A stretch of DNA of 64,000 nucleotides from Marsupella aquatica (taxonomy: Eukaryota; Plantae; Marchantiophyta), in contig OZ316898.1 in the NCBI GenBank assembly GCA_973895155.1, positions 16,227,420 to 16,291,419 of the forward strand, in the 5' to 3' direction. The notes beneath the pieces were generated by a model. That model was given only the letters and a program-made list of their open reading frames with translations. It was not told the DNA's origin and did no database searches. The translations under genes and the position numbers were made by a program. Numbering within the stretch: the first letter of the stretch is position 1; every line of letters begins with the position of its first letter. Shown piece after piece: positions 49,977-62,803 of the stretch.

Positions 49977-52900
49977 ATGACCCTTACAGCCTTGGGATTT
50001 TGGACCTTGTTTGGCAAGGTAGCTGCTAAGTTCTCCGAGACTTACTGGTACTCTTGTCCCGAGAAAGCCGCTTACGAACGAAGATACGCGAAGCTGGTGA
50101 CCAAGGTAGCATTGGTTAATTGCGAAAGGACAGCCATCACCAGGGATTCCAGCTACAACGAGCTGCGAGACTACATCACCGAACTATATCTCAATGAGGA
50201 AGGGCTTAGATTGGTAGCACAGACGATTCTTGAAGTCCCAGCGAAGTTCTTTAAGCTGAAGGGCAGCCAACGGCTTACTCAAGCAAAGTTCGACAAGATT
50301 CCGGGGTACCTAGACCAGCAGATCGCAACCGAAAAGTGCCAAGAAGACATCAGCAGACAACGGGAAGCGCCGCGTAATCTTACGTTCCTCGGGGAAAGCT
50401 CCAACGCCTTCAAGTGGGATATGGCTACCTCGATACCACCAGTGCCTCAGCCGATGACCACCGACGTACCGCCGAACCGGTCCCAAGTCCGTCCAGTGAT
50501 CAACACAAAGTGTTCTTCGGGTTCCGAGCGAGTTAGTCCGCAACTCGAACAACGTTATCGTAAGCGGCCAAGGACAACGACGGCCCCCGAATCAACAACG
50601 CAAACCAACACCGCGCCTGCACCTGCCCCGACAAACCCCCCGGCCAACCAGAACTGACGGCCCCCGGATAACCCAAAGTCCAACTTATTATAAGTAATCC
50701 GCGTCCCCAAAGTAGTTTGGATCACGATCAAGAAACTCGAACACGCGGACTATCTCAAGGAGCATCAGTTGGAGCAGTTCGCTCACTTGCTATGGAGGCC
50801 GTGCGCCGCCGGGCCGAAGGAGATTTGTGAGTTCATCTCCAATTTCGACACTGACGCGTCGACCACCAAGGTTTTGGGGTAGGCCTTATCACTCACGGAG
50901 CATCAGTTAACGCAAATCTTCTGTCTGCCAACCGGGCCGGTGCCGGTTGAACTCCAAATTTGGGATAAGGAGTATACACCGCGGCACTTCAAACCCGAGG
51001 GTAAGACGGACAACGGATACAAGCAGGGCTCGTGCACCAACTTAATCTGCATCGAGCGTCTTAACTTCATACGGACTACCCTACACATGATTGAGCCACG
51101 ATCCGAGATTTCCCTCTGCACGATCGTGCAGGTGGAATAGTACAAATGGCGGAACTGGGCCCAATTCTTCTACCAAAGATTCTCGGGGGAGCTGAAGCGG
51201 GCTCAGGGTGGTATGGCTATTGGGGGGAAGACTTACTTGGGGAGCCATATCGCCATTATCCTCGCCTGGTACAAGGCACGGCGGGAGGCCAGAGGAAAGA
51301 ATATGGCCACCTCAGCCCCGACTAATATCACCCCCGCCCTAGAGGAGGCAACCCCGAGCGCGCGGACTACCGTCCCTCAGGCAAACCCCGGGCCAGAAGC
51401 CCCGACTAATACTCCGCCACCTCCTCCTATGGAAATTCCGCCGCCCCCTTCTGTCGAGCCTCCGCTACCCGCAGTACAACCACCACCAATCCCTCCACCA
51501 CCTGAAGAAACCTTCCCCTCCCCAGTGCAGACTACGGAGGAGCTCGTTGCCCCGCCCGAGGAACCACCGATACCTGAGAGGATGGAGGACTACCAAGTAG
51601 CCCCGGGGACCATGGCCTACGACCTGGTCCAGAAGTTTAGCCAGACTATGTCTGGGGAGCTGGCGATGTACATCGGACAACAAGTCTCGGCGTACTTTCA
51701 ACCAGCCTTCTTCATGTTAGAGCACCAACCACGGATAGTAAGCCACTTGGAAGAAGAACTCATGGCAAAGGGGAATGAGATCGGGCGCCTCCAGATGCTG
51801 GTAGAGCACCTCGAGGAGGAGGCCACTACCCGCCGCGAGGAGTTAGTCCGCACCGTCGAATAGAGGGATGGACTAACCCAGGAGTTAAGCGGAGCGCAAG
51901 CAGATCTCAAGAAGCTGGACGACACCGTGCTTCAATTACGCTCAGAATATTCGGCTCGGGTTACTTGCCTGACGGACCTCAACAAACAATTCCTGCAGGC
52001 AGCGCAGCAGGTGGCGAGTCTCTCCGCCGAACGAGATAAATTGCTGGCGCAGGACCAGATCCATCGCGACTCCATTAACCAGCTCAACCTGGAGGTAGCG
52101 CGGCTCTAGACCAAGGCCGACGACGGCCCCCGAATCAACAACGCAAACCAACGCCGCGCCTGCACCTGCCCCGGCAAACCCCCTGGCCAACCAGAACCGA
52201 CGGCCCCCGGATAACCCAAAGTCCAACTTATTATAGGTAATCCATGTCCCCAAAGTAGTCTAGATCACGATCAAGAAACTCAAACACGCGGACTATCTCA
52301 AGGAGCATCAGTTGGAGCAGTTCGCTCACTTGCTATGGAGGCCGTGCGCCACCGGGCCGAAGAAGATTTGTGAGTTCATCTCCAATTTTGACACTGACGC
52401 GTCGACCACCAAGGTTTTGGGGCAGGCCTTATCACTCACGGAGCATCGGTTAACGCAAATCTTCTGTCTGCCAATCGAGCCGGTGCCGGTTGATTTCCGA
52501 ATTCGGGATAAGGAGTATACGTCGTGGCACTTCAAACCTGAGGGTAAGACGGACAACGAATACAAGCAGGGCTCGTGCACCAACTTAATCTGCATGGAGC
52601 ATCTTAACTTCATACGAACTACCCTACACATGATTGAGCCAAGATCCGAGATTTCCCTCTGCACGATCGTGCAAGTGGAACAGTACAAACGGCAAAACTG
52701 GGCCCAATTCTTCTACTGAAGATTCTTGGGGGAGCTGAAGCGGGCTCAGGGTGGTATGGCTATTGGGGGGAAGACTTACTTGGGGAGCCATATTGCCATT
52801 ATCCTCGCCTGGTACAAGGCACGGTGGGAGGCCAGAGGAAAGAATATGGCCACCTCAGCCCCGACTAATATCACCCCCGCCCCAGAGGAGGCAACCCCAA

Positions 52901-53835
52901 GCGCGCAGACTACCGTCCCTTGGGCAAACCCTGAGCCGGAAGCCCCGACTAATACTCCACCACCTCCTCCTATGGAAATTCCGCCGCCCCCTTCTGTCGA
53001 GCCTCCACTACCCGCAGTACAACCACCACCAATCCCTCCACCACCTGAAGAAACCTTCCCCTCCCCAGCGCAGACTACGGAGGAGCTCATTGCCCCGCCC
53101 GAGGAACCACCGATACCTGAGAGGATGGAGGACTACCAAGTAGCCCCGGGGACCATGGCCTACGACCTGGTCCAGAAGTTTAGCCAGACTATGTCTGGGG
53201 AGCTGACGACGTATATCGGACAACAAGTCTTGGCGTACTTTCAACCAGCCTTCTTCATGTTAGAGCACCAACCACGGATCGTAAGCCGCTTGGAAGAAGA
53301 ACTCATGGTGAAGGGGAATGAGATCGGGCGCCTCCAGATGCTGGTAGAGCACCTCGAGGAGGAGGCCACTACCCACCGCGAGGAGTTAGTCCGCATCGTC
53401 GAACAGAGGGACGGACTAACCCAGGAGTTAAGCGGAGCGCAAGCAGATCTCAAGAAGCTGGACGACACCGTGCTTCAATTACGCTCAGAATCTTTGGCTC
53501 GGGTTACCAGCCTGACCGACCTCAACAAACAATTCCTGCAGGCAGCACAGCAGGTGGCAAGTCTCTCCGCCGAACGAGATAAATTGCTGGCGCAGGACCA
53601 GATCCATCGCGACTCCATTAACCAGCTCAACCTGGAGGTAGCGCGGCTCCAGACCGAGGCCGATGAAGCTGCAAACGAGGTGGAGGAGGCGGTACGGGAC
53701 AACAAGGCCTTGCAGGACCGCGTTACCCTAATTGTCCTCCAGCGGGGAAAACCTGGGCCCACCTCTTATCAAGGCGGCTCGAGGTCTTGCCCCGACAAGG
53801 GGACCAGCCCTGGTCCAACCACAGCACACACATAA
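49977..53835 (+). pseudogene. Accessory protein of Z (PMD/Transposase_32-like, Pro-rich, coiled coil), internally duplicated and stop-interrupted
   Basis: ALGFWTLF; LEQFAHLLW...ICEFISNFD...VLGQALSLTEHRLTQIFCLP; GKTYLGSHI aligns with GSMSRLGYHM of X. Confidence 0.78.
50578..53663 (+). repeat. 1,543-bp direct tandem duplication (50578-52120 and 52121-53663)
   Basis: CGACGGCCCCCGAATCAACAACGCAAACCAAC starts both units; the copies are colinear to ...GAGGTAGCGCGGCTC. Confidence 0.93.
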
Positions 53836-55461
53836 GGGGTAGTTAGCGAAGGGTGGAAGCAGGCGCCCCGCAAGGCAGTTAAGTCAGCGACATCTTTTGG
53901 TTAGGCGTAACGACAGAATGGCTGGCATTAGGCGCCGATTAGCGGCAGTAGGAAGAATTAGGGCCGGATCAGTTAGGATCAGCCAACATAGGATGGAGTC
54001 CATCAACGGACTTAATTTTTGTCAGTAGACTTGGCCGCTGCCATCCCGGTCGGCACCCTTGTCGTCCACGGTCAACCAGTCAGTGCGGCACGGCCAGTAG
54101 TCAGTAGGTAGTTAGGCAGTAGGTAGTATCTCGGAAGGTAGTATCCTCCGGTTCTCTTCGGCAAACTGTAGTATTTAGGCTTCCCCTTCCGCCATGGAGG
54201 GGGGAGAAGGCTTAGTTATCTCAGCAGAAGAAAGGTGAGGCACGGGGAGTCCCGGCCTGGGCAGGGTCAGAGCGCACCAAGGAGTGAGAGCCAGAGTCGA
54301 GCTTGCTGGGCAAGTGCGAGGCGGGGCCTTGTAGAGACTGGGCATCGACTGCCGTTGGGCCTGCTGACCCCCTTTGAAGTCGAGTCAACCATGTAAACTG
54401 ATGCTTCGCTGAGTAAATGTAGTCTTTTCCCTCTAATGTTTCCGCAAGTAACTGGTGTTGTGAGTATGCTTTGTCTGGGCAAAGGCACCATTTCAAGGGA
54501 CGTACCGGGTGCGGACTAATGGTAGGGATTGCCACCCATTGTATGTCACAAGGTTCTTTCGCGTCGATGGCTTGAAAAGCCCCAAGCCGGGAGTTAGTCC
54601 GAGTCACTAACTGAGGGAGGATTCCAGTGGTGGAAGATAAAAGATACCTATGACTAGTACGAATTGCTTAAGCGTTATACCAGTAAGTATATCGGCTTAG
54701 CCCGACTTAGGGCTAATCGGGGCCACTACACACCTCCTTGCCCGAACCCTCACCCCTACTGGTGGTCGAGGTCGCGCCATGGCACTAAACTGGATTTAAG
54801 GCCCAGGTTAGGGACGCGACACCAATATTCATCTTATCTCTTTGATGTAGTAAAGGTCAATATCCCTAATATTTTGTTGTCTTATTCAATACCCTAGTTA
54901 AGCTAGCGATCTCGCTACCCATAATGGATGACCAGGAAACAACGACTGAAAATATATTTTCCATCTAACATCTTTAATGTTTATACTTTCTTTAGACAAA
55001 TGTTGGTTTGGGGAAAGGCATTTAGAGTCCCTTAAAATTAAACAAGAATAAGAAACGCTTAAAATTTAGGGTTTACATTCTTTTGTATTAATATATTACC
55101 ATTGAAAATCTTATGTCCATTTGGATAGCGATCTCGCTGGCTAAAATCTCAAACTATAATGACCCGGAAATATATGGGTATGGTTTACTCATAAGTCTTT
55201 CCCAACGGAAACCCAACGGTAAAATAGAAGGTTGGTCAACGTTAAAATTGATAGTTTCCCGTTAACAACCTCTAAAGGGAACGTTGCATGGGGGTTAATG
55301 CTAAATATTACGGTTAATATTCTAGTTGCTCAGCGTATTCATGACGTTCCAACTTCAACCGATGATGTTTAAAAGAGACTTGCGTTTTTTTATTGCCATC
55401 TGTGAGGGACGTTGGATTATTCCCTGTCAATGTCAGATACCCAGTTCATAGTATGTGGATT

Positions 55462-55602
55462 ACTTAGGATTCTCCCTCTAATCCAACTTTGGATTCCCAG
55501 CTCGGTCCTTCGCTAATCTCGGTCATCGTCCTCCACTTTACTTTGGATACTCTCTCAAATGAGACTTTGGATACTCCCTCTAATCTGACTTTGGATACCC
55601 AT
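55462..55602 (+). repeat. ~24-bp repeats (5 units) just upstream of the ParB-MTase-like gene
   Basis: ACTTWGGATWCYCYCTCWAAT at ~55462, 55486, 55540, 55563 and 55588. Confidence 0.8.
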
Positions 55603-55670
55603 TAGAAGTCACCGTACTCACTGCAACGCTTTGTTCGTGTGTTACTCCCTTCCATTTTCTTTATCAGCCG

Positions 55671-58600
55671 ATGGCAAATTTTGCATCACCAGAGTCTATC
55701 TCTTCTCAAGCTTCACAGTCTGCAGCTTCTCAGCGTCGAGAGACAAGGTCTTCGACTACCAACAAGGCACTAGCTTCGGGTTTGAAGACACCCTCGTCGA
55801 AGGAAACTTGTTGATCCAATGGAGATTTTGCCACCATCGATGGAGTCTTCTAAGTCGGAACCGTTCTCCATGGTGATCAACCGTCACCTCTACCACTTTG
55901 GGCCAAACAAATTTGGGTATCCCCTTGTTCCCCCTCGAATTCCACTGTGTAGGATGCAAAACATGCAGCTTGTCAGGTCGCTGCAGACTGATTCCAATGC
56001 AATCAAAACGCTCAAGAATGAGTTTCAAGCTCAAGGTTACATTGAGGACGCGCCCAGGTTTTACGTTCAGATGACGAACAAGAATGGTGAGGTTCAGTTC
56101 ATCAATGACACCATTCAAATGGGTTGGGATCCGATATGGGCATTGCAGAACAAAGATTTCGAGAGAGAGTGCGATTCTCATCCAGACTTTGCTATATTGA
56201 AGGACAAAATGTTTCACGTTTTTGATGGTAATCATCGTCTGTACTCATGGAATCTGCTGGCCATCGAGAACCCACATGATATCAAATATCATCCTCGTGT
56301 TGTCACCAACATTTTCAAAGGGCAGAAAGACACGTTTGTGCAAATTGAATCTGCAATGCATGCCCTGAACCGGTGAGCACCGGATCTGTTCTGATTGATT
56401 CAATGCTGTCTGTCACTTCACATTTTGGGTTTTCTTATCTCTGATTTGTACTGGAAACATCTTTGATACTTTTGTTCATTGGCAGGCTCACTCAATGCCA
56501 CGTTGAGAATTCATGGGTCCTAGAAGCAGATCGTGTCCAGAAGATACTGAACACTGACTTGTCGGTCTACAAGGATTTGATTGATGCAGACAATTTCAAG
56601 TTGTTCCAACAAAAGATGCAAAATGTGAAGAAACCCTCATGGTATTCGAAAAATATGACCCTGGATGCTTGTATTTACATTCTATTAGCTGCAAATATAG
56701 CTTCCCAGACTACAGATTTGTAGAAGAAGTTTTCTCTCAAGGAGGATCTTGGAGAACCTTTGTCAAAAGCTGCGAAGGACACTGCTCTACGAGAAATGAT
56801 GAAGGAGAAACTATCTGATTGGAATGTTAAAGTTCCAAAAATTGATCCTCTTCTCAATCCCGAATTTGGGGATTTCTTTCAGAAATGTGTGGAGATGCAC
56901 AACTACTGTGAGAAAGAACGGAAGGAAGCACAAAGGACTGATGATAAAGGGAGAGGCAATGTCTCATGTGGTCTTGATCGAGCGAGGCTTTTTACCGGGG
57001 AAACATCTCTCAGCCCACTGCTTCGTTGCAATCTACTTGAAGCGCAGTGCAAGCTCGAGCTACGGAAGCAATATTTTCATCCTGGGCAATTCTCAGATAG
57101 TGAGACTAAACTCTGGCTGCACAGGTGGGCTACGTGGGAACAAGTAGAGTCGATTGCTAGATCTCTTTTGTCCGAAGCTATTTCAGAAATGACTCTAAAT
57201 GTCCCTGAATCTTGAGTTCTTTCAGCCTCAGAGAAGAACAAGGCATCACTTGTTCTTGATATTAGTGATGAGTTTGAGGACTTTTTGCAGCGAGTTAAAT
57301 CCAGGTTTTTCGAGAGCATTTGGGCCCCAAAGTAGGGGAAATGATAGATATTGTTGCATTTTGGAGAAGGGCAAAAAGATATGTATACCAATTTTTTGTT
57401 GACCGGGAGGTGGCCAATCGAGCATTCTGGTGGTGTTACCCCGCGTGTTTCTCCCAATGGGCCGAATACGTGTAACGATTTAGGAAATCAAAAATGTGGC
57501 GACTACTCAATGTACCCTTGTGAGGACGTTGAGCCACTCCGGAAGATGAGTGAATGGGAGGTTTTACACTGTCCATGGTACTTAGATTCAGAGAATTGGT
57601 CACTGACATTTGATGGGACAGAGAAGCTTGCTTTGCAGAAGATAAATCGTGGGTTAGTCCGAGAGTTTTATATTTCTGAATCAAAAATGCCCAGCCTCGA
57701 AGCAGTGCAGGCCGGGTGTGAGGCGATGGAGCAGGCTTGCCTTGGTGTTGCACCAATTGTTGATAGAAGCCGTTCCAGAAAATTGAAGAAGGACGTTGTG
57801 AAGGAGGTGTCGAAAGAGACCTCTCAGGTTTCCGGCAGGAGAAGTAAGTGTGCTCATCATCCTAACTCTCCATCGGCTTCTAATGTTTAGTCCTTTCTTT
57901 GCAAATTCTCAATTTCCGAGGTTTTTGGTTCTCTTTTGTTTTCCAGAAAATAGAAGGTCAACTGGTTCAGAGAGTGTCTAGACCGTGCAGAATCGTGGGT
58001 GACAGGATCCCATTGAACCTGAATCTCCGGATTTTGAGATTGTGACGAAACTGATTGGTGATAAGCTTAAGAAGAAGAGAAAAGTTCAAGTGCTCTCAGA
58101 TTCAGAAGATGAGGAAGGGTTGATTAGTGAGGGTGTGATGAGGATATGTGGACTTCAACTGGATGAGAATGGACATTTCTTTGCCAAGAGTAATTTACGT
58201 TTCATAGCAGACTCCATTGCTTTGAAGAAAGTTTGACCTTCGTGGATGGGGGAGGGGGATCGTTGGCTGAGTGAGATTTTGAGTTCTTCAAAACATCCGA
58301 ATCCCCTAAGAATCAATGGCAAGCCTTACACCGGTACCAGTGCCCATCTTGGGTTCATTGCTCTTCCTACAGGACTAAGGCCTCGTGTTACTAATGTGAA
58401 GGTGCCAGAATGGAATGTTTGGATGGAGAAACTTCCTTATTACTTCTTCGGAGTCATGAGGCCCATGCTGTCCGATGATGGATATGTGGCTGTTCTCCAT
58501 AGTGGAGAATTTAACCACATGAAGCAGATTTTTGCTGCCATTGAGCAGAAGAATAAATTCAAACATCTTTGCCAGTACCACATTTTGTTGAGTAGCCCAA

Positions 58601-59257
58601 TGTGGATGCCAGACATCGATGTTGAGGTGAGATGTCAAGAGTTTTTGGTTTAAATTATAGGTGGTTTTTTGCCAGCGAGGTTGCTAGCCTTCACAGCCTC
58701 AATATTTGACATATTGTTTGCTTTTCCAGGTTTGCAATCTCAGTCTGGATGTGTTTTGTCGAACTGAATTTGATGGGAAGATCCCCAAGGACCCGAAGTA
58801 CATCCCCATGGCAACATCCGAGGATGCATCTCATAAGAAGTTACTCAGTCTTTGTTACCCAAAAATCAATGTCAGGACTGAGTTAGCTTTTGCAGGGTCT
58901 TGTCGATTATCTGTTGGATTCATGCAGGCGGTGATGGAGCTTTTGACAAAGCCAAGAGACATTGTGCCAGATTGGAATGTTGGAGATGGAAGTTCATTCC
59001 GAGTGGGGGAACTCTCCGGGAGGTTTGTAGTTGGGGTTGAGGATAGGGAATTTCTCCATGATGCTGCGCAGGAGTCGTTGAAGTTGGTTCTGGATCGTCA
59101 TAAGAAAATTGAAGACATCACTGTCGGGATGGGTACTGAGTCATTGGAGGACGGGGATTCAGATGACGAGTTTACTCTTGCCGGATCGAGTGGTGGAAGA
59201 ACAAAAGTTCCTGCTCCAGATGGGAAAGATGACCACGATGAATTTGACTTGGAGTAA
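55671..59257 (+). pseudogene. Spliced gene relic: ParB/Sulfiredoxin-like N-domain fused to a degenerate beta-class N4/N6 DNA-methyltransferase-like C-domain; exons ~55671-56372, 56486-57843, 57947-58626, 58730-59257
   Basis: IPLCRM..LVRSL..IKTLKNEFQAQGY..FYV..FHVFDGNHRLYSW; SAHLGFIALPTG (DPPY position); MRPMLSDDGYVAV; LLTKPRDIVPDWNVGDGSSFRVGELSGRFVVGVED (motif X-I-II); GT-AG introns; several in-frame stops and a frameshift near 55780. Confidence 0.7.
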
Positions 59258-60161
59258 TGTACTTATCCTGTCTCATACCAAATCCAACTATGTTTAGACA
59301 GTTAAGTTCAGTTTTTTCCACCTTGAATTAATCGGCTGCTGGTTTTGCTTCTTACAGTGATCGGCGTGTAGATTGGTTCTTGGAGGAGAGATTTTGGCTC
59401 CGAAAGGAAATTGAGGGCGCTTTTCTCTTCTCGCCTGAGAAATCGTTCACTCTACCTTGCTATGCGGAGAAGTCTGCAATTGAAGCAGATGAGACTTTTG
59501 TTATGACTTGGGAAGGAAAAGGTCGGAGGTCAGATCGTGGCGCTCGGAGGAATTTGTACAGCCTTCCTTTCATGGATGTTGAGGCGGGTCATGTGAAGAG
59601 ATATGTGGACGAGTCCGCTGAGTCAACTGATAGGGAGTTTAGCAGTGCGGAAATCAATAGTAGTAGTAGGAATGATTTGGAATCAGATGAAAGTCATTCC
59701 ACAAATTAGTGTGAAGTTTGATTCTACTTGTGTGTTCCCTGAATGGGAAGCAGCAGAATAAGCTTGATCTCTTTAGCCATTCTGGGGAACTTACTCTCAG
59801 TTTCAATAAAGTAATCGAGGCAGCCAATTTTGATGAGTGGGAAATGTCTGTAACTTGAGTATAATCTTTATTGGGTTATCTTGTTTTGATCAGTTTTGTG
59901 TATGATGGAAGGCTAGCGCCCTCACTTACAACCCATGTGCATTATGAAAGTTTTGACAAATGCTTAGTTTGGTTGTGTGAAATCCTTTTTAGGCCTGTTT
60001 CTAGGCACTAAATATGCCATTCAAAAAATGACATATCCCTCGCTAACAAAAGCTCATGTCGCTAGCAATTTCTCCTGTTTCCTTGCATGGTACAAACCCC
60101 CCTCAGCAAAAATTCAAAGTCTAATTCTTCCTATACTAAGTTTTATAAGGCCGTAAACACA

Positions 60162-60925
60162 AAACCGGATCAGAAACCGGGTGGGAAGCCGGTTGGGAAG
60201 CCGGATGGAAAGTCGGATGGGAAGCCGGTTCAACTTCCGGATGGAATAACTTTTTACTCTTCAGGAGTTGAAGTGTCAGGTTTCACCAATGTGGAGTCTA
60301 CTGCTGGATCAATGGAGTTAAGAGGGTTTGGCATGAAAGTGACACCTCCAAAGGTAGTAATAAATGGGAGGCAGGTAGTACATTTCTTGGTTTCGAAGTG
60401 AAAAGTTTCCAAAAATGAGGTCTTGAGATGGTGTCCATTGGTGTAGGTAAAATGTGGGAGTGCAAGAGTAATCACAATGATGATGGAATCTCTTCATCTT
60501 CAAATGAACGGGTACATCTTTTCATAGTATCCTTTCATATTTATCTAGCCATTTTGATTGGGTAAGGTCCTTAGCCATGGATCACACTTCCTATTGGTCC
60601 AAAGTCAGACATCTTGAAGGTCTAATGGTGTGGAAACAACACTTCAAAATCTTCATTCTATTATTTGTCCGGAAATTTTGGATATCTCTTGGTTGCACCG
60701 GTTGGAGACTCATAATATTAAGTGGGTCATTTCGAATCCATTTTCAGACTTCTTTCTATATCTTAACCGCCTCGGAAAGAGCTTTCCAACATACTTTACA
60801 GATCTTGATTTGGATAAATGGTTTGAGAGTTATGGTAGTTTTTCTACCGGATGGTATGTCCAAACCGGATCAAAAACCGGCTCAAAAACCGGATGGAAAT
60901 CGGTTCAAATTCCAGATGGAATAAC
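60162..60925 (+). repeat. Two clusters of 12-bp AARCCGGATGGR repeats (60162-60250 and 60846-60925)
   Basis: Both clusters have a 12-bp period and end in CGGTTCAAnTTCCRGATGGAATAACT. Confidence 0.85.
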
Positions 60926-61369
60926 TCCTCAGTTTCCATCACTTAGTTGGTGTAATTTTTCCCATGAACTACTGAAAGGTGGGGCAACACAACCTTGATA
61001 AAAGATTGAGCTACTTGTTGCTAAAATGCACTGATTAATTCATCTTAGAATTAGCCGTCTAACTCAAATTTGTGAAAAGTTGGACCTCAATTCCAAAGCC
61101 AAACCTTTCCTTGAGGGGTTGAAGTAGGTCTCTCCTTGCTATCAGATTTTCCCAATACCAATCCATTTATGGTTTTATTCTTCTTTCACTATTGAGTCGG
61201 ATGAGGGACCATAACATCTTTACATGCATTTTGGCATGATTCAAGCTTAATATACTTCAAAGATCCCTAAATAATCATTCAAGGTCCTCAACATGGTCAT
61301 TGAAAACAATTTTTTTCATATTAGATAACTTTTATGTCCTTAAGGGCTTAACCCCTCTATTACAATGTG

Positions 61370-62803
61370 GCTAGCAAAGTATGCCTTCCCGCCAAGGTAC
61401 AAAGTCTTCCTTCTTCGCTCCATCTCCTCGTGGAACTTCTTGACGAAGAAGGACGCCCTTCCTAGGCCGGTAGTTCTCAACTTGGATGACATGGGCAGCG
61501 GATATTTTTCCCCTTGGTTCCATCATGTGGAGGGCGTACCACTAGAACTCCAATCGTTCTGCTACCTCTGGGATGAGGCATGTCCTCATCAAGAATCTGT
61601 TGTCCACTACTCCCTCGGCCGGGAAGCTAGAGGACTGATACTTGGCTCCCTTGCCTCCAAGAGCCCGTGATTCTACCCAATTTAGTCCTTTGGGTAGGCC
61701 AAAGATCATCTTAAGACGCACCTCATTGAGAGACATCACTCTCCCGTGCGCTTGGGTTTGTTGGCGGGCCTCGTCAAAGTTCTGGATAAACTTCGTCATG
61801 TCCTGCCCGTAGTACTTGCTTCCATTCCAAGGGAGAGAGGCGAGGTGCTCAAACCCTTGGGTCTTCAGGTAGCATGCATGCTTGGGGTGGAGGATGTACT
61901 TGTGGACATTCTCCCCCATGTGATGCATGATGAGCTTGGCCACCGCAACCGTGGCCAAAGGCAGCCCGGATACAGCTGCAGGTTCCTTTCTCTTCCTTCC
62001 CTGGGACTGGTTCCCGGGGTGACTTGAAGAGGGGGACATTTCCCCATCCTCTCTATCGGGCGGCGGTAGCGCTACCACTATAAGTATTGGTGCGGGGGCT
62101 GCTACAGTGACCATGTTATCCCCTCGGGCTTGTGGGAGTGGTGCTGGGTTGCTCGGCGCATGCTGATTTGCACCTTGCGGCCGCCAGTTCAGGGGAGGGT
62201 GAGCCTCCTTGTCTTTGGAACTAATGTTCACCGCGTTTACCATGGATCGCACCCAGAGGGGTGGTGCAACCGGTGGGGAGATCGGCTTGGCTGAGGTCAA
62301 AGTGGTGTTGGCGCAGGGACCGATGAGTTGGCGCCGGTTGTAGCTAGAGGAGGCACCATAAGATTTAGGAAATCTGCGAGGAAGCTGAGTGAGGTCAGGA
62401 TAGGCGTTCCACCCGTGGCTGCGGTACCAAACTCATAGTCTATGGAGGCGTGGACTTTGGCGGGGATATGATCAAAGTGGTGTCGTTGTAAGTTGATCGT
62501 GCCTGGGAGTGTGAAGACCTTATCCGAAAGCCAAAGGAGTGCTTCATGGAAACCAACGTACTTTGGGCCGTCAAAGAAGTATTTGGAGATCTCGTCAGGA
62601 CGACAGAGCTTGCTCTGGAACGGGAGGTTGAAATCTCTGTTATAGTGAGAGCGCCCGGCCAGACGGATGAGTTGTTTGTACTGCCTTTCAGTTTTGTACC
62701 GGCGCAGGTTGACCTTGGCCAGTGACTTTGCTAAATGATTTCTGATGGATAGAAATTGAGGCCAAAACTGAAGGGCAGGACTGGACATAATAGTGGCAGA
62801 CAT
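61370..62803 (-). pseudogene. Third, more diverged homologue of the X/Z accessory ORF, 3'-truncated
   Basis: ALQFWPQF, KVFTLPGTINLQRHHFDHIP (Z: KFFKLKGSQRLTQAKFDKIP), YLKTQGFEHLASLPW...KFIQNFD...MIFGLP, ALHMMEPR; frameshift ~62298; TATAAAA ~100 bp upstream (62905-62911). Confidence 0.78.

Larger units (their letters stand above)
49956..54730 (+). mobile_element. Element Z: second, diverged giant-LTR-like unit with a homologous accessory ORF; 5' end missing
   Basis: Ends GGGGCCACTACA; 3' region shares motifs with X3 (GTAG..TCGGAAGGTAG, TTCCRGYGGYGGAA...ATACCTA); ORF frame 49977-52109 plus a duplicated copy to 53835; TSD cannot be checked. Confidence 0.72.

Noticed and set aside
54783-54795. 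CACTA terminal inverted repeat
   Set aside because: The CACTA pentamer is present, but no matching inverted end or 3-bp TSD was found.
59380-59709. Independent 109-aa gene
   Set aside because: TTG start and no recognisable motif; it may be a further exon relic after the acceptor near 59357 but cannot be supported.
60087-60401. KPDG-repeat protein
   Set aside because: The ORF is a by-product of the 12-bp DNA repeats.
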